Source of the DNA: Octopus vulgaris | Taxonomy: Eukaryota | Length of the DNA stretch: 64,000 nt | NCBI GenBank assembly: GCA_951406725.2 | Contig: OX597814.1 | Location: 211,544,001 to 211,608,000, forward strand | Direction of reading: 5' to 3' | Shown here: positions 40,840 to 55,895 of the stretch, one piece after another | How positions within the stretch are numbered: position 1 is the stretch's first letter | How the letters are laid out: each line of letters begins with the position of its first letter | Position numbers and translations under genes: made by a program | Notes under the pieces: generated by a model | Databases searched by the model: none | The model's input: only the letters and a program-made list of their open reading frames with translations | What the model was told of the DNA's origin: nothing

Positions 40840-41054
40840 AATATATATATATGCGTCGTAAGAATTGATACCTAGGTGTGGTCTTTTTATTACAGCCTCG
40901 GGCCGACCAAGTGCATGTCAGTGGATTTGATCGACAGAAGCTGAAAGAAGCCCATCGCGCACATATATATGTGTGTATGTGTGTTTGCTTATTTGTAAGT
41001 GCCTGTGTGTGTATGCATCTGTATACATACATACATACCAACATACATACATAT

Positions 41055-41103
<49 letters not shown>

Positions 41104-41693
41104 TGAGGTTAGTGTTAGTGCCAGTTTACGCCCCTGTGTAGATATATATATAATTTCAAATAAGACGACAGGGAAATAAATGTTGATATGAAGACAAAAA
41201 TATAATTAAATGCTCATGTTTCCTTATGGGATTACTTTCCGCGTACGCCGGGCATTTTGTGTGGCATTTGGACATCAATGAAAGTGGTGTACCGATCAGT
41301 TAGATCGTTAACATAAGCCAAACTAATGCTAAATTAATGAAAAATTCTCTGGCATATTCTAAATATAAAGTCTGCGCTTTAACTTTTGATTTGTCTGTTA
41401 TGCCGGGAAAAAATTTTGCTGCTTTCTTTTTTATATACGATTAAAGATTTTTCTTTCAAAGATAGAGAACAAACATCGCAAAAATACTGTTTCGTCCAAT
41501 ATTATATAAGATATAGAGCACATTCACATATGATACACATATAGCGAAACACAAAGGTATTTATGTAGCTTTTCATGTGCGTTCATGTATGTGTGTTTAT
41601 GTGTATGTATATATACATATATATGTGATTGTACGTAAATATTCATATAACTGTATGATATATGTGTATCTCTCTCTTTGTCTCTCTCTCTCT

Positions 41694-41735
<42 letters not shown>

Positions 41736-41826
41736 CAAGAGAGAGAGAAAATGAGTGACCAAAAGTATGTGAGTCACATATACATATGTATATACGCATG
41801 TATGTATGTATGTATATATATATATA

Positions 41827-41896
<70 letters not shown>

Positions 41897-44310
41897 CATA
41901 TATATATATACATACATACATGCATATCTGTGTATATGGTTGTGTGTGGATGGGCTTGTGTGTGTGTGGTGTCTGTGTGTATAATTTCATTGTTTCATAC
42001 TTACCAGCTGTGCACAGGTGCGTAGATAATAAAAGATTATTGATGCAAAATGATAATTACTGCTAATCTAATATATCTCTGAAACACTGCTACATAGATT
42101 TTACAAGTATTTTGTTTTCCTTTTAGATATGATGTGAGATACGAAAATATTTTTTTTTTGATTTCTCAGCGACGACGTGAACATGAATAACGTGGAATTT
42201 CATTTTCTTTGTTGCCATCACGCAGGAAATGATATTATATGATGCTAGCTTTCTAACACTTAGTTAATAAATATATTCTTTAAAATAGTAAATTTATGCT
42301 CGGAGATATTTTTTTGTTCCTGTCAAAACGATATAATTCAATATAGGTACTGAAGAAAATGGAACCCACATAAATTCGATAAATTTAAGTACCAACTTGA
42401 GATTGGTAACAGCAGCAACTTCAAAGTGTCACAATGTTTGTATATTTGAAGTTGCTATGTAATTGGGTTGTGAGTATGCGGACCGCTATCTACATTCTAA
42501 TTATACTCAATACTGATAAAAAACTCAGTAAACAGTAGCTCACTTTTCCATGGTTGGCAAGCATGCATTACTCGTCACAGTAATAGGTAATTAATGTAGA
42601 TATCATCGACAATCTTTTAGTTATGAGTGTTAGATTTATGCCTCACCAGTCATCTGGTTAATTTTAGTAGTGAGTTAGTTAGGTTATGTGTATATTGATA
42701 TACACATAAAACATATAGCACTGTCCACAGTTATACAAATAGTTTTATCATTATTTATCAATTTTTAAGAGACGTGTTTAGATTAGATATATGCTGTACA
42801 CAAATATTCCTATAACTACCTTTCTATTTATGTTGTGTTGTAGAGTGCATTGCAAGTGCTTCTTTTGTAAGAGAAACGGGTAAATCGCGTACAAGTTTGA
42901 TGAATATAAAAAGGTGAAATCGTTGCGTTTATAGCTGGCAATATTACATTTGAACTCTAAATCACACGAGTGATCAATAGCGTGTTCGTGAGTTGACATG
43001 CATGTGGTGTGTTGCCAATATGGAGGTTTTTAATTTTGTCGTTTTATAATCATATTGTCAGTGCTAAATTACATTTACCTGTGTTGTCACGAGTTTTATA
43101 ATGCATAATGTGATCTATAGTTAATATTCATTTGATTTATATAATGCACTATACGTGTGGTTTGTGTATTAGTAATAAGCCAAGTCTATGATGTTTTTGT
43201 TGCGTGTTTTTTCGGGCCGTTTTGTCGGATTGCTTTCTTAGTACCGGCATTGATGATTAATAATTGTTGACTTCTATGAATTACCTTATACTGTCATTCA
43301 TTTCTGGTAATGATTCAGTACGCTTATCTATGTAAGGATTTTACTAATGATAGTTTTGTTTATGTGTGAGTGCGTGTGTGTCCGTGTGAGTGAGTGAATG
43401 GGTGAGTCTGTGTGTGAGCACGCGTGTGTTTGTGTATTCGCCGCCTCCATGAAGGATTACACAGCTATGTGTGACTTTGATCTAAGTAGAACGAACACAT
43501 CCCTTCTTTTATAGCATAAGCAAGTTCTTTTACGTACATGGAGACAGCAAAAGCCTATGCTGATATTAAATGTCAGTAGTACATTAAGATTCGCCTCTAC
43601 AAACAAAACAGTAGATGAAGTAATCCATAAAACAAAATAAACAACACTGCTCAGCCTCGAATTTATTTTCGGCACCAGAAAACGATAGACAAATATAAGG
43701 TAATAAAAGGTCCAACATATATTTCAAAATTACATGATCAACCCATAAGTATTATTACACGAATAAAACATATAGTAACTATAGAATAGATAAGGATATT
43801 GTGAAGCTTCATGAAGCAGAACGCATTATGTATGAAACCAAACAATGAACTAGCTTTATTAATAATCTCACAAGCATTGAATTTTAATACAAATCATAAT
43901 GATCTAAATTCGCAAACATACAATCGATGAACAATAGGATTTGTAAAATCCATTTGCGTATATGAGAGTTCTAAACAGCATGCCACCAGATGTTATCTTG
44001 CTCATAGAGTTTAAAAAAAAAGCCTCTCTTCGGATCACTATGTATTTACAATGTGCAATAAAATATACACTACATATGCTACGGGAAACAAACTCAGAAA
44101 AAACATTAGAATCCAATGATGATTCCCTCACAAAATGGATAACTATAATTAATGTCGGAGGAAATACTCCTAATGCTGTGCAATGCTGAATGGAACACAT
44201 GCAATATATACTAGCCATAAAGAAATATAAACATACATTGGGCGGTGTTTAAATCTATATGTCAATATTTAAGTTTTAGCGCATGTGAGTTGTAGTGGTT
44301 TTGCTACATA

Positions 44311-45526
44311 TTAGGTCGACAAGTATGAAATTTGTAGAACAGTAAAGAAGTTTTGAAATGCTTTATAAATACATAATACAATAGTTTTATTAATCAAAGT
44401 ATGTACCCATATTGTCAATACGGTTTTGCCATTTCAGCGGTAGCTTCTCTAGCCCGGAACTGTAAAAACCGGGCAGTCTAGAGAGGGTCTGCTTTACAGC
44501 ATCGTCTGAATTTAATTTTTTTCCTACCAAAAAGTTATCCATATTCTGGAAAAGGTGGTAGTCAGTGGGAGGGGGGGAAAATCAGGTGAGTATGGTGGAT
44601 GATGGAGAACTTCCAACTCGAACTCCTGTAGTTTCGCCAACGTAATATTGGCAATGTGTGGCCAGGCGTTGTCTTGCAATAAAATTGGAGTGGATCTGTT
44701 GACTAATCTAGGCTGTTCTTTTTGTAAGTTTCTGCATCATTTGGTCCAGTTGGCTGTAGTACACTTTGGCTGTGTTTGATGAGCCAGGTTTAATGAAATC
44801 ATAATGGATCACACCTGCCCATGACCACCAAACACACACCATCAGCTTCTTTTGATGCATTTTGCCTTTGGACTCTGCTTTGGTGGCTCGTCTTTGCCCG
44901 ATCATTGTGCTGAACGTTTACGTTTGTTGTATTGGATCCATTTTTCATCACATGTTACAATTCGATTAAAAAATGATTCCTTTTTGTGACGAGAAAGTAG
45001 CATAAGGCATACTTCCAAACGTTGCTGTTTATGATTTTTAGTAGATGAGTCAATATTGTTTGCTTGCAAACAACAAACAACAACGATAATTTACGAGCAC
45101 TTTGAGATTGATCTGACTAGACGGTGGCTCTCTGTTCATCTTTGTTTCTGGTCGACCGAGTTGCTCATTTGTGAGGTCAAAGTTACCAGAAAGAAATTTT
45201 ACGAACCAATTTGATACTCTCTGATGTACTAGAATGAAATGCTCCATTAATATTCTGAGCTATCCATTAACATTCTGAGCGATATTTCCAAGAAAGAACT
45301 CGTGTTTCAAACCGGTACAAATTTTCGATTTATCCATCTCTAAACATAAATATAAAAAAAAAAAAGAAACGACTTATACATACATTATAAAGCGCAAAAT
45401 GAGTTAGAATTAAGAAAAAATAGATGTGTCAGCTTAAAATAAGATAAGATAAATAATGGCGCAGAATTAGCAGCTGTCAAAATGTTAACATATACCTTGC
45501 TAAGAAATTCATATTACACGACCTAA
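44311..45526 (-). mobile_element. Near full-length mariner transposon, transposase inactivated
   Basis: TIRs ttaggtcgacaagtatgaaat / attcatattacacgacctaa flanked by TA; minus strand IVTCDEKWIQY, HQKKLMVCVWW, LLQDNAWPH, HPPYSPD, PTDYHLF, WQNRIDNMGTYFD*; frameshifted. Confidence 0.92.
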
Positions 45527-45749
45527 TATAAAGAGATTGAAACACATAGTACGCTGTCTGTATCTCGAAGATCTAACTATCAAAGTATAGAATTGTTGTT
45601 CACAAATTTAGGAACTTCTTTGTATAAACGCTTGCAAATATTATGTCTGAAAATATTTCAATCCACCATGATAAAAATGCTCTGACTGGAATATAGTTCT
45701 AGTTTTAATAAAGCATAATTAAAATAAAATGATCTCCGAGCGCTACCCA

Positions 45750-45995
45750 TTCCTCTACCTGCGACGATTTCATCTCAATTGAAGGAGAGGAGCTTTCTCC
45801 GTCCGGGTTGCGGATCCGTGGAACAAGCTGCCAGACGAGATGGTGAAGATACCGACGACCGCTTTGTTCAAAGCCTCCCTTGACCTCAAGTGGCCTGAAC
45901 TCTTTACATGAACACCACCCTCTACTTAACTCCATGTCCCCCTACATGGCCTTGCTATTTGCTTTTGAGCCAAATTTACTAACTAACTAACTAAC
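45750..45995 (+). mobile_element. 3' end of a second CR1-type LINE
   Basis: RRFHLN*RRGAFSVRVADPWNKLPDEMV..FKASLD, short 3' UTR and (ctaa)n tail. Confidence 0.8.
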
Positions 45996-46029
45996 ATATT
46001 CACTCAGAGACATTTCGATCTATTTACCT

Positions 46030-46143
<114 letters not shown>

Positions 46144-47205
46144 ATACGTAGATCATATATAAAAAGTGATATCTGACCTGTATGTTTCACCGCGGTTACA
46201 CATACAGGCATATTTTCGTCTACGCTTGTAGTAACACACAAACTATTTAAACAGATTTAGTATTCCATCAGCAAACGCATATTCACACGTGAACAGAATG
46301 AATCCATTCATTGTGCTAATATGCTTTCGAAGTGAATTGATTGTAAAATATAGATGTGAAAATCAGCTTTTTCGGCATCTTACAAGGACAGTCCAGTCGT
46401 AACTTTAATCCAAGTAAGGTATAGTAATTTGTACTTGATTTATATTTTCACTGCTTAAACTATACTCTAATTTCTTTCCGTTTGATATTGATATACGACT
46501 TTGAATAACGTAGCTTTCAATTCTGTTGGCAGATGAACCTGTTAAATATCTTAGGAGTAACAAATAATAGATCGACCAATTTTACCTACAAATTCATTGC
46601 AATTAGAATTTCAGAAAACTCACAAATATCATTTGGTGTCAACAAATTTGTTTAGTATAACCAACGTAAGACTATTAAATAACAATGATTTTTATACTGC
46701 GCATTACATCGAGGGTATTTAGATCCTGATCTTAAAACAAGAGTACAAAAGTAAATTCTCAAAAGTGGTTGAGGACAGCGAAAAATCTATAAGAATTCTC
46801 ATAAATCTCACTGGAGCGAATATGAAATGCTCACAAGATACAGACAGTCTTAAAGATATTCTGAGACAGTTTCATGGTAAATAACTTACAAATATGCTTC
46901 GAAGTATTTATATATATATAATATAATATTATATTATATTATATTATATATTTTATAATATATTTTTAGACACTCATTTAAACTCTCTGAAGATGGCTAT
47001 TCTAGGAATTACTGATACGTACGTATGTAATAAGCAGTCTTTACATACGTATATATATATCTACTGATAATTGTTTAAAATACACAAAGACATAATGTAA
47101 TATCTAACAGTTGATGTATACTATTTCTGTATCACCCCATTTTTTCTAGTCGTATTTTATATATATACATATTACATATTATATATATATATATATATAT
47201 GTGTA

Positions 47206-47258
<53 letters not shown>

Positions 47259-48456
47259 TATATATATATTATATATATATATATATATATATCATATATT
47301 ATATAACATGTTGTGTCTGGGGAGAGTCACTTTCTTTTTGTGCCTTATAATGTAACACACTCACCGCTAAAATTTCCTCATATTTGTAATATTTATTTTC
47401 CTAAAATTTTCGTTGCGTCTTGCAACATTTTTTCAATGCATATTTATATATATACATAGATAGACACTCACATATATATAAATATATACCTATATTTATG
47501 TATATATATATGTACACATATACATATATATGTGTGTGGTGAGCATGTGTATGTCTGTGCATGCATTTGCCTTCGCGTGTGTGTAGACAGATATTTAACA
47601 TGATACATATACCTACATATATGTATGCCTGAATTCAATTTGAAATACAATGAAAATTAAAATATAAGAGTGGAAACATGCAACGAAGACTAAAACAACG
47701 GTGTGTACTTTATAGAATATTTCTCCATTGGGATTATTAACTTTTCGTAGTTTGAAAATGGAGGTATTTTGAGCTGGTAACTAGTGCATCGATATGTGTG
47801 AGGGGCTGGTGTTGCAATATTCACAGTTATGTAGTTACAATACTCAGTGCGGAAAAGATTCAATACCTATAACAAATGAATGTGTGTATATGAGAATGAA
47901 TACGGTTGTATTTATTGCTATACTTGTATACATTTACATAAATATATTCATGCATACATAGGAAATGAGGGATTTCAGCCTGAATACATCATGGTGAAAT
48001 AAAATGGAGAGAGAATACTGAACCGAAACAAACAGTAAAACATAGAAAATTAATGCAGAAACCTTAGCTAAAGCAGTTGAAATCTGCAGAAAGGGAAGGC
48101 TCCTGGAAGGGAGTTAATAGTTGGATATTGGTTCAAGAAGCTTACATTTTATAGAAACCAATTGGTATGTATGTTCAGAAAGATTATGGGAAGTCAGACT
48201 GATATACCAAATTGGCTTTCCACAGCAAGGACAAATCTTTTCACCAAAAATGAAATCACCCAGATGGCAGTAAACTACAGGCCCATTGCTTGCCTAAACA
48301 CTATGTACAAACTGTACACAAATCGTTTCAACCACTTTATCCGCGACCGTTGTGAGTGGAACAACATTGTGACTGATGAACAGGCTGGTGGAAAGAATGG
48401 AGAGTGTGGTGATGTGCCCAACAACTTTTAATAAACAAAGTTGTACTGTCTGAAAT

Positions 48457-48842
48457 GTGGAGGCGCAATGGACCTGTGGTTAGGGCAGCGGACTCGCGGT
48501 CATACGATTGCGGTTTCGATTCCCAGACCGGGCGTTGTTAATGTTTATTGAGCGAAAACACCTAAAAGCTCCACGAGGCTCCGCCAGGGGATGGTGGTGA
48601 TCCCTGCAGTACTCTTTCACCACAACTTTCTCTCACTCTTACTTCCTGTTTCTGTTGTACCTGTATTTCAAGGGGCCGGCCTTGTCACACTCTGTGTCAC
48701 GCTGAATATCCCCGAGAACTAGGTTAAGGGTGCACGTGTCTGTGGAGTGATCAGCCACTTACACATTAATTTCCCGAGCAGGCTGTTCCGTTGATTCGGA
48801 TCAACCGGAACCCTCATCGTCGTAACCGACGGAATGCTTCCC
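48457..48842 (+). mobile_element. tRNA-derived SINE, family D, with 12-bp TSD
   Basis: ggaggcgcaatggacctgtggttaggg head, ggtttcgattccc B box; actgtctgaaat at 48445-48456 and 48843-48854; splits the host RT. Confidence 0.88.
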
Positions 48843-50239
48843 ACTGTCTGAAATAAGAAAACAACGTAGTAAACTTGTGACACTATAGCTTGACTATAAA
48901 AAGTCATTTGACACTATCCCTCATCCATAGCTGTTGAAGTGGCCACAACTGGCAAAAGTACCGACTACCTTAATTGCATCTATAAAGAGACTCACAAAGA
49001 TATGGAGAAACATTCTTACGCTTACAACCGAGAAGAGAATAGTTGTTTCTGATAGGATACGCATTTCAAAGGGAATATTCCAGGGAGATAGTCTTTCTGT
49101 ACTTCTTTTCATTTTGGCACTGTATCAATTATCGTTCCTACCGCAGAGAATAAATGGTTACAGCTGCTAGAAATATCAACCTAACTAATAATTTCTTTGT
49201 AGACGACTTGTAGATTTATGCTAAAATGTTTAGGAACGCCAGACAATAACATTTTTCAGCAGATATAGGCATGGAATTTAACCATAAAAAATGTTCATAT
49301 TTGGATCTAGATCGAAGAAAGTTAATCCTCCAAACCCAAAAGATGTGCATCAACAGTCTCTATATCTCCCTCAATTCCAGACAAAGAATGTTACAAGTAC
49401 CAAAGCATAGATGAAAATGTATCATATGAATGCACTGTGAATAAAGATAGAGTAACCTGAAAATATTACACTAGACTTAGGAAAAATATGGCAGTCGGAA
49501 CTCTCCTCTTAAATCAAAACAATATCCCATAATGCATTTGCAGTACCAGTGCTGATCACAACATTAGGCATACTTCATTGGTCTGTAGAGGAAATCAACT
49601 CCATAGATACCAAAACCTGCAAAATCCTGACATTAACCGGGTACTTCTACAGAAATAGTGAAGTTGACAAGCTCTACTTAAGAAGAAATAAAGGTGGTAG
49701 AGACCTGAGATCAGTGTAGATGGCCTGCGAATGCCGTATGGTATTACTCAGGCAGTACCCTCTAAACAACAACAGCAAAAATAAATATATAAATGCAGTG
49801 CGGAAAAGTGAAGCGAACAACATTGTACGAGTTGGCACTGATCTCCTCAAGAAGCACTCTCTTCCTGATGATCTCCTTTAAAGCTCCAAAACAGATGGGC
49901 TCTGTTACATCAGAGAAGACCTGAATGGAAAGCACTCAGTTTACAAAAAAAACTATGCATGGAAGCTTGAAGAAGAGAGTAGAATTGACATGAAGCGCAG
50001 CCTCTCTTGAATACAAGACCACTACATCACATCACACTTTGAGTGCTATGCATTTGCAATCCAGAAACATGAGACTTCCACAAAGTGCCTGGTGAACAAG
50101 AGAGACAGTGACGCTCTTGTAATCCTTCGATGCAACCGCATGTGTAGGCTATATCATGTTTCTGTGGAAGACATCACGAATGTGATTAGCAGCTGTCCTA
50201 AAACGTCGTCACGGTACTACCTCTCCTTGCGGCATGATA

Positions 50240-50601
50240 TCTTTATATATAAAAGTGAAGTTGTGTGGCTGTCTACTCCGATTTAGATTCCTAACTACTC
50301 CCACATTTTGCGGTGCAGTTTAACCAAAATCGAGCCCTTCTGGATATTAGCGCGCGTCTACGATGAGTCTACGATTTTAAAAATAATTTACCATCATTTT
50401 TTCCATTTTAATGCATATTTTTTTTAAAGAGAAGTAACTCTCTAATAATGTCTACGATGAGTCAACGATTTAAAAAAAAATTACCATCATATTTTTTCCA
50501 TTTTTATTGCATTTTTTTGCTATTTCTTGGCTATAACTCTCTAAAAATGCTTTATAGTTATTTCCCTTACAAACCCGAGCAACGCCGGGCAATACTACTA
50601 G
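50240..50601 (+). mobile_element. Non-autonomous Helitron
   Basis: 5' TC, 3' CTAG, subterminal hairpin cccgagcaacgccggg, inserted between A and T without TSD; internal ~60-bp duplication. Confidence 0.9.
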
Positions 50602-51881
50602 TTGTTGCTAAAACAATTTACGATGCCATCCGCATAAATGACTGTCCTTAAATACCCTTAGAAAATCCTTATGTTATGGAATTAATTCATAAACACCAAC
50701 TCAAAGAATACTGGTGAAATATTCCCAACAAGACTTCTGTCAAATGTAAACATAACAGGCCGGATAGAGTTGTACAGGACAGATGTATGTACCGTCACAG
50801 AGATCAGCTATCCTGCAGATATAAATATCTCTTTAAAAATAAAAGAAAAAGAGGATATTTATGGGCACCTGCTTCCAAACCTCCAGCTTCTATATCCAGA
50901 CTATGACTCCATATCCATACCAATAATAATTGGAGGACAAAGTTTTGTTAGTAAATGGTTAAAGGAGAATCTGGATAACCTGAGATTTTCAAGAAGACAA
51001 AAGAACCGGCTAATTTGTATATTAGAAGTGCAATTAAGTTCCGAATATGAATTTGTGTGTGTTAACAATATCCCACACATGGAGTCTTATATATTTGTTG
51101 GAAACCGGCTATCTCCTCAGTGGAAGATTTATAATAATGAAAAAATAGAAGAGGCATATACAAGAATACATACATACATAACGTACAGAAAAACGTACAC
51201 ACAAATATAAATAAGGTATCCTTACAGTTTCCCTTAAGCAGATCCACACGTAAAGCTTTCGTCGGTCCGAGGTTATAGTAAAAAACATTTGCCAAGTTGC
51301 CACGCAATGCGACTGAACTTGGAACCATGAAGCAGGGCAAGAAACTTGTTATCACATAGCCATATATCATACGTGTATGTGTGTATATATATAAATATAT
51401 ATATACATATATGCATGTATATATATATGTGTGTGTGTGTATCTGTATATATAGCTACTTACCACACAGTAACGCCTCATATCGCTATATTTATATGCGC
51501 TTGTCTTTTTCTATTTGCTCCCTCCCCCAATTCATGTCAGCCGATGCTGGTATTTAAGCGTTACCGTAACCTAGCGGTTCGGCAGAAGAGCGTGATAAAT
51601 TAAGTTCTAGACTTACAAAGTACTGGGGTCATTTTCCTGATCTGAAAACCCTTTCAAGTAAAAGAATAAAAGACTAATATAATACATAGTCATAGGGTTG
51701 GCCAAAATTCAAAGAAAATCTCGACCATTCAATTCCAAGAGTGAAACAAAAAATTATCTTATATGTCACTTCGCTAACAACTAGACAACATTCAGTTATT
51801 AAACATACATAATTCGAAGAATAAATAAAATTGAATATTAAGTATTTATGGAATTTTGGTTTACTGACAGGTAACATTTGG

Positions 51882-51926
<45 letters not shown>

Positions 51927-51975
51927 TTATATATATACATATATGTATATGTGTGTGTATTATGTGTATATACAT

Positions 51976-52022
<47 letters not shown>

Positions 52023-52024
52023 AA

Positions 52025-53098
52025 TGATTTTGATTTTTGATTTTTCCAGTTTCAGCTCATGGGCTGTGGCCATGCTGGGGCACCGCCATTTGGTTTGCTA
52101 CATGATTTTACCTCACGGATGCTTTTTAGCAACTGCCATTTGGTGCATGAGAGAGTTCGATGCAGCTGCCCTCATCTGCACCTCTTGCCGTGAAGTTGGT
52201 TCATCCGGGACACCTGACAGGAAGAGATCCAGTCCTACTTTAAAGACATCCGCATCTACACCATGCAGGTACCTCAGGTTCTTCGGGAGGATATTGAAGA
52301 GCTGTGGGCCTCTGAAGCCCAGGCTATCACAGTATCTTGTCCTACATCTTGATGGCAAATTTGGAGTCCTTGGTACCACGCAGTGGCGCCCGGTTCTGGC
52401 ATTTGTGTGACTCTCGATGCCAAAGTTTGGGACAAGTCCTTCCAGGATCTTCCAGATACATATTATGCCATATCTTTCTCGCCTACGCTCCAAGGAATAG
52501 AGTTTTAATCTTTTGAGTCTTTCCCAGTATCTTATATGCTGCACAGAGGCGATCTTCTTCGTGTAGCTTCGTTGGATCGCCTCAAGTTATGTGATCAACT
52601 TGACACTGGATGGTGACCATAGCTGAGAGCAATAGTCAAAGTGGCTTAGGACAAGTGTCTTCTAGAGGACCATCATGGTTTCTTGTTCTCTTGTTCTAAA
52701 GGTTCTAAGAATCCATCCGGCCAGCCGTCTACATTTCATTGCCAGTTTAGCAACATGTACATGAAAAGGTTGCGTCATCACTCATGTGAATACCCAGGTC
52801 ACGCACTGATTGTGCCTCTGGGATTGCAATCCCTCCGGGTCCAGTGTATTCATTGGGTATTGCATTCCGTTTTGCATGCTGATAGCATAAAGCTTGAAAC
52901 TTTTCAGCATTGAACTGTATGCTATTCTTTTCAGCCCACTTGTATATTTTGTCCAGCTCACATTGCAGGTGCTTAGTGTCTTCAGGGTTCCGTATTGCCT
53001 GTGAAACATTTGTATCATCTCCATAACTTGTGATCGTGGCTCTCTGCGTGGCTGAGGGCATGTCTGAGAGGGCCATTATGAACAGTAGTGGTCCCAAA
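52025..53098 (-). mobile_element. 5'-truncated CR1-group LINE (same family as 17096)
   Basis: GPLLFIMALSDMP..SYGDDT (ORF 52747-53097) and LYSLERRRER..GPQLFNILP (ORF 52113-52544); frameshifts; (aaaatc)n tail. Confidence 0.92.
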
Positions 53099-53222
53099 TA
53101 TATATAAAAAAATTAGAAAACAAAACCTCATTTATTGTGTGAAATTTGACTTAGTATTTCTAAATTGAATTTTTTTCCTTGTAAGTTTGGATTTTATTCC
53201 CTCAAATAATAATTATATTTAA

Positions 53223-53258
<36 letters not shown>

Positions 53259-53293
53259 ATTTGTGTATGTGTGAGTCTTTGTATATATATATA

Positions 53294-53333
<40 letters not shown>

Positions 53334-54154
53334 TATAGTTAGATAGGAAGTTAGGTAGGTAAGTAGGCAGGTAAGCAGGTAAGCAGATTGATCAGTCCGA
53401 TTGGGAATGTTGTGCGTGAGCATATGTGCATATACACATATGTATAATTTTTTTTTATATTTTCCATTTTCATTAATTGTCAGAAAGTTTATGCCAGAAT
53501 TGTGGTAATGGGATTCCTGAAAACCAACACAAGCTGTTCGTTTTTCAGCTTGGATGTGACATCATCAATCAAAGATTAACATGCATCATCCTCATGAAAG
53601 AAAATTTTATTTATTAGGCAAAATTGAGAAGGAAAATCATAACCATTCTAAAGGCTGAAAAAGTTAAGGCCACAACTAATAATCAATTGTTCTGTACATG
53701 AACATGCTGCACCATAAATTTATTTATTCTTATTACCATTTGAAACCTTCCGTTTTATTGTCTCTGGACTTAATGCATTTTTTGTTACCGTTTTAATAAC
53801 ATTAATGATTAAGAATTTCGTTTTCTTTTAGTGCACGTTTTGCTTCTTAAACATATTACTACACATCTTGAAATTTTAATCCGGAGAAATAGTCAAAATA
53901 CAGGATTCTTGACACAAAGATTATCGTCACTGCACAGTATGTATAAAACTTTCGGAAAACGTCACGATATTCCATTTTCTTTGCATCTGCATTTTTCATT
54001 GAAATGCCATTACTATGTAAATATTAGTTGCTTCTGAAGTAGTACTGAAAATTTTATTTAAGATGGCTCTCCTTTATCAGGCTATTCTAAATAAATCTAC
54101 AACAATTTTAATGGAACATCTGGCCATACTAGAAGTATATTAAACTACCACAAG

Positions 54155-54201
<47 letters not shown>

Positions 54202-54265
54202 CTCAAATATGTCGACAGTTTCACACACATCTCTCTCTAGCAATATATATACATAATATATGCAT

Positions 54266-54381
<116 letters not shown>

Positions 54382-54408
54382 ATACATACATATATACATA
54401 TATATATA

Positions 54409-54474
<66 letters not shown>

Positions 54475-54941
54475 TAAAAACGGTGAGATAACAAAAGAAA
54501 GAAAGAGACCTCAATATTATGTACAAAGAGGAAATTTATCTATAAAATAATATTGCACACCCACAAACATGTAATATTAATCACTTTTAAGTTGTCCAGT
54601 TTTATCTTTCTATTTCTGGAAGACATCTTGCACATCACTATATCTCTGAATTTGAATTTTACACTAGCTTGGTACACATGAATTAAGCATATCTACCATT
54701 GAAAGCGTTAACCAATGCCATGAGTTTTATGCGGATTACACTTGATACAGAGAATGCTTAAAGCTTTTCAATCTACGCAGCATTTGTGCATCATGTAAAG
54801 CTTTAGCAGCAACATCTGTTTTTCACGTTTATTTTTTATTTCGGTCATTCCATCCTGGGACTGCGTTTCTAAGTGACTAAATGTAGGGACTAAATGTATT
54901 CTATGGCTAATTTATGACAAATCCATGGGAATGAAAGAAAA

Positions 54942-55238
54942 TCTTTATATATAAAAGTGAAGTTGTGTGTCTGTCTCCTACGATTTAGATTCCTAACTAC
55001 TCCCACATTTTGCAGTGCAGTTTAACCAAAAGCGGGTATCTTATAGTCGTGATTCATATCGAGGCCTTCTGGGTATTAGCGCGCGTCTACGATGAGTCTA
55101 CGATTTAAAAAAAAATTACCATAATTTTTTCCCATTTTTAATGCATTTTTTGCTATTATATAAGGGACGTAACTCTTTAAAAATGCTTAGATAGTTATTT
55201 CCCTTACAAACCCGAGCAACGCCGGGCGATACTGCTAC
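54942..55238 (+). mobile_element. Non-autonomous Helitron (same family)
   Basis: a|TCtttatatataaaagtgaag...cccgagcaacgccgggcgatactgCTAC|t. Confidence 0.88.
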
Positions 55239-55419
55239 TATGCGATAAAAGCTTTACACTGTATCTCATTTTAAAATGTCAATTAATCTGGCTTATAAGT
55301 GACAGTTTGCTAGTGCAGATGCTTATACACAAACCGCACATAAATTTACAAAAGTAGAGAAGACGAAATCTCGTTATAATCGTTATAATCGTATCCAAAA
55401 TCAAAACCGGAATGACATT

Positions 55420-55815
55420 TATTAATTTATATTATTTACATTTGACGGACATTTGTTCTCGCCTTGTTTCATGTTAACACAACGTTTCGGCTGATCTACC
55501 CTCCTGCCTTCATCAGGTGTATTGGGGAGATTTCGAACCTGGGTTCTCATTCCTAAGGTATTTTTCGATGTTATTATTTTTATTATTATTGTTATTATTA
55601 TTTTGTTGTTGTTGTTGCTGTTGTTATTATTATTATTAACATTCACTTCTATATTTAAGAGACGAGGAATTATGTACATTACTTACATTATTTACATTTG
55701 ACGGATATTTGTCCTCATCTTGTTTGTTGTTAACATAACTTTTCGGTTGATGTACCTTCCAGTTTCATCAGGTGTCTTGGGGAACCTGGGTTCTCATTCC
55801 TAATGTATTTTTCGA

Positions 55816-55876
<61 letters not shown>

Positions 55877-55895
55877 ATTATTATTATTATTATTA
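55420..55895 (-). mobile_element. Tandem dimer of the hammerhead-bearing tail of the 13067 family
   Basis: Two direct copies (~55420-55638 and ~55647-55895), each with a (TAA)/(CAA) spacer and tail; no tRNA head visible. Confidence 0.85.
55476..55521 (-). ncRNA. Minimal type I hammerhead ribozyme motif
   Basis: Minus strand: acac-CTGATGA-a-ggcag-gagggtagat-cagcc-GAAACGTT-gtgt; intact core, 4-bp stem I, ACGT palindrome as stem III. Confidence 0.75.

Larger units (their letters stand above)
47990..51050 (+). mobile_element. R4/Dong-type non-LTR retrotransposon fossil (RT, CCHC, RLE) with nested SINE and Helitron
   Basis: NYRPIACLNTMYKLYT, EQAGG, LDYKKSFD, KGIFQGDSLS, FVDDL, VDKLYLRRNKGGR, CRLY..EDITNVISSC..RHD, KHNRPD, EISYPADINISLKIKEKEDIY. 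Confidence 0.92.

Noticed and set aside
46984-47045. CTGAAGA box in a TA-flanked island
   Set aside because: No matching GAAA box or stems downstream.
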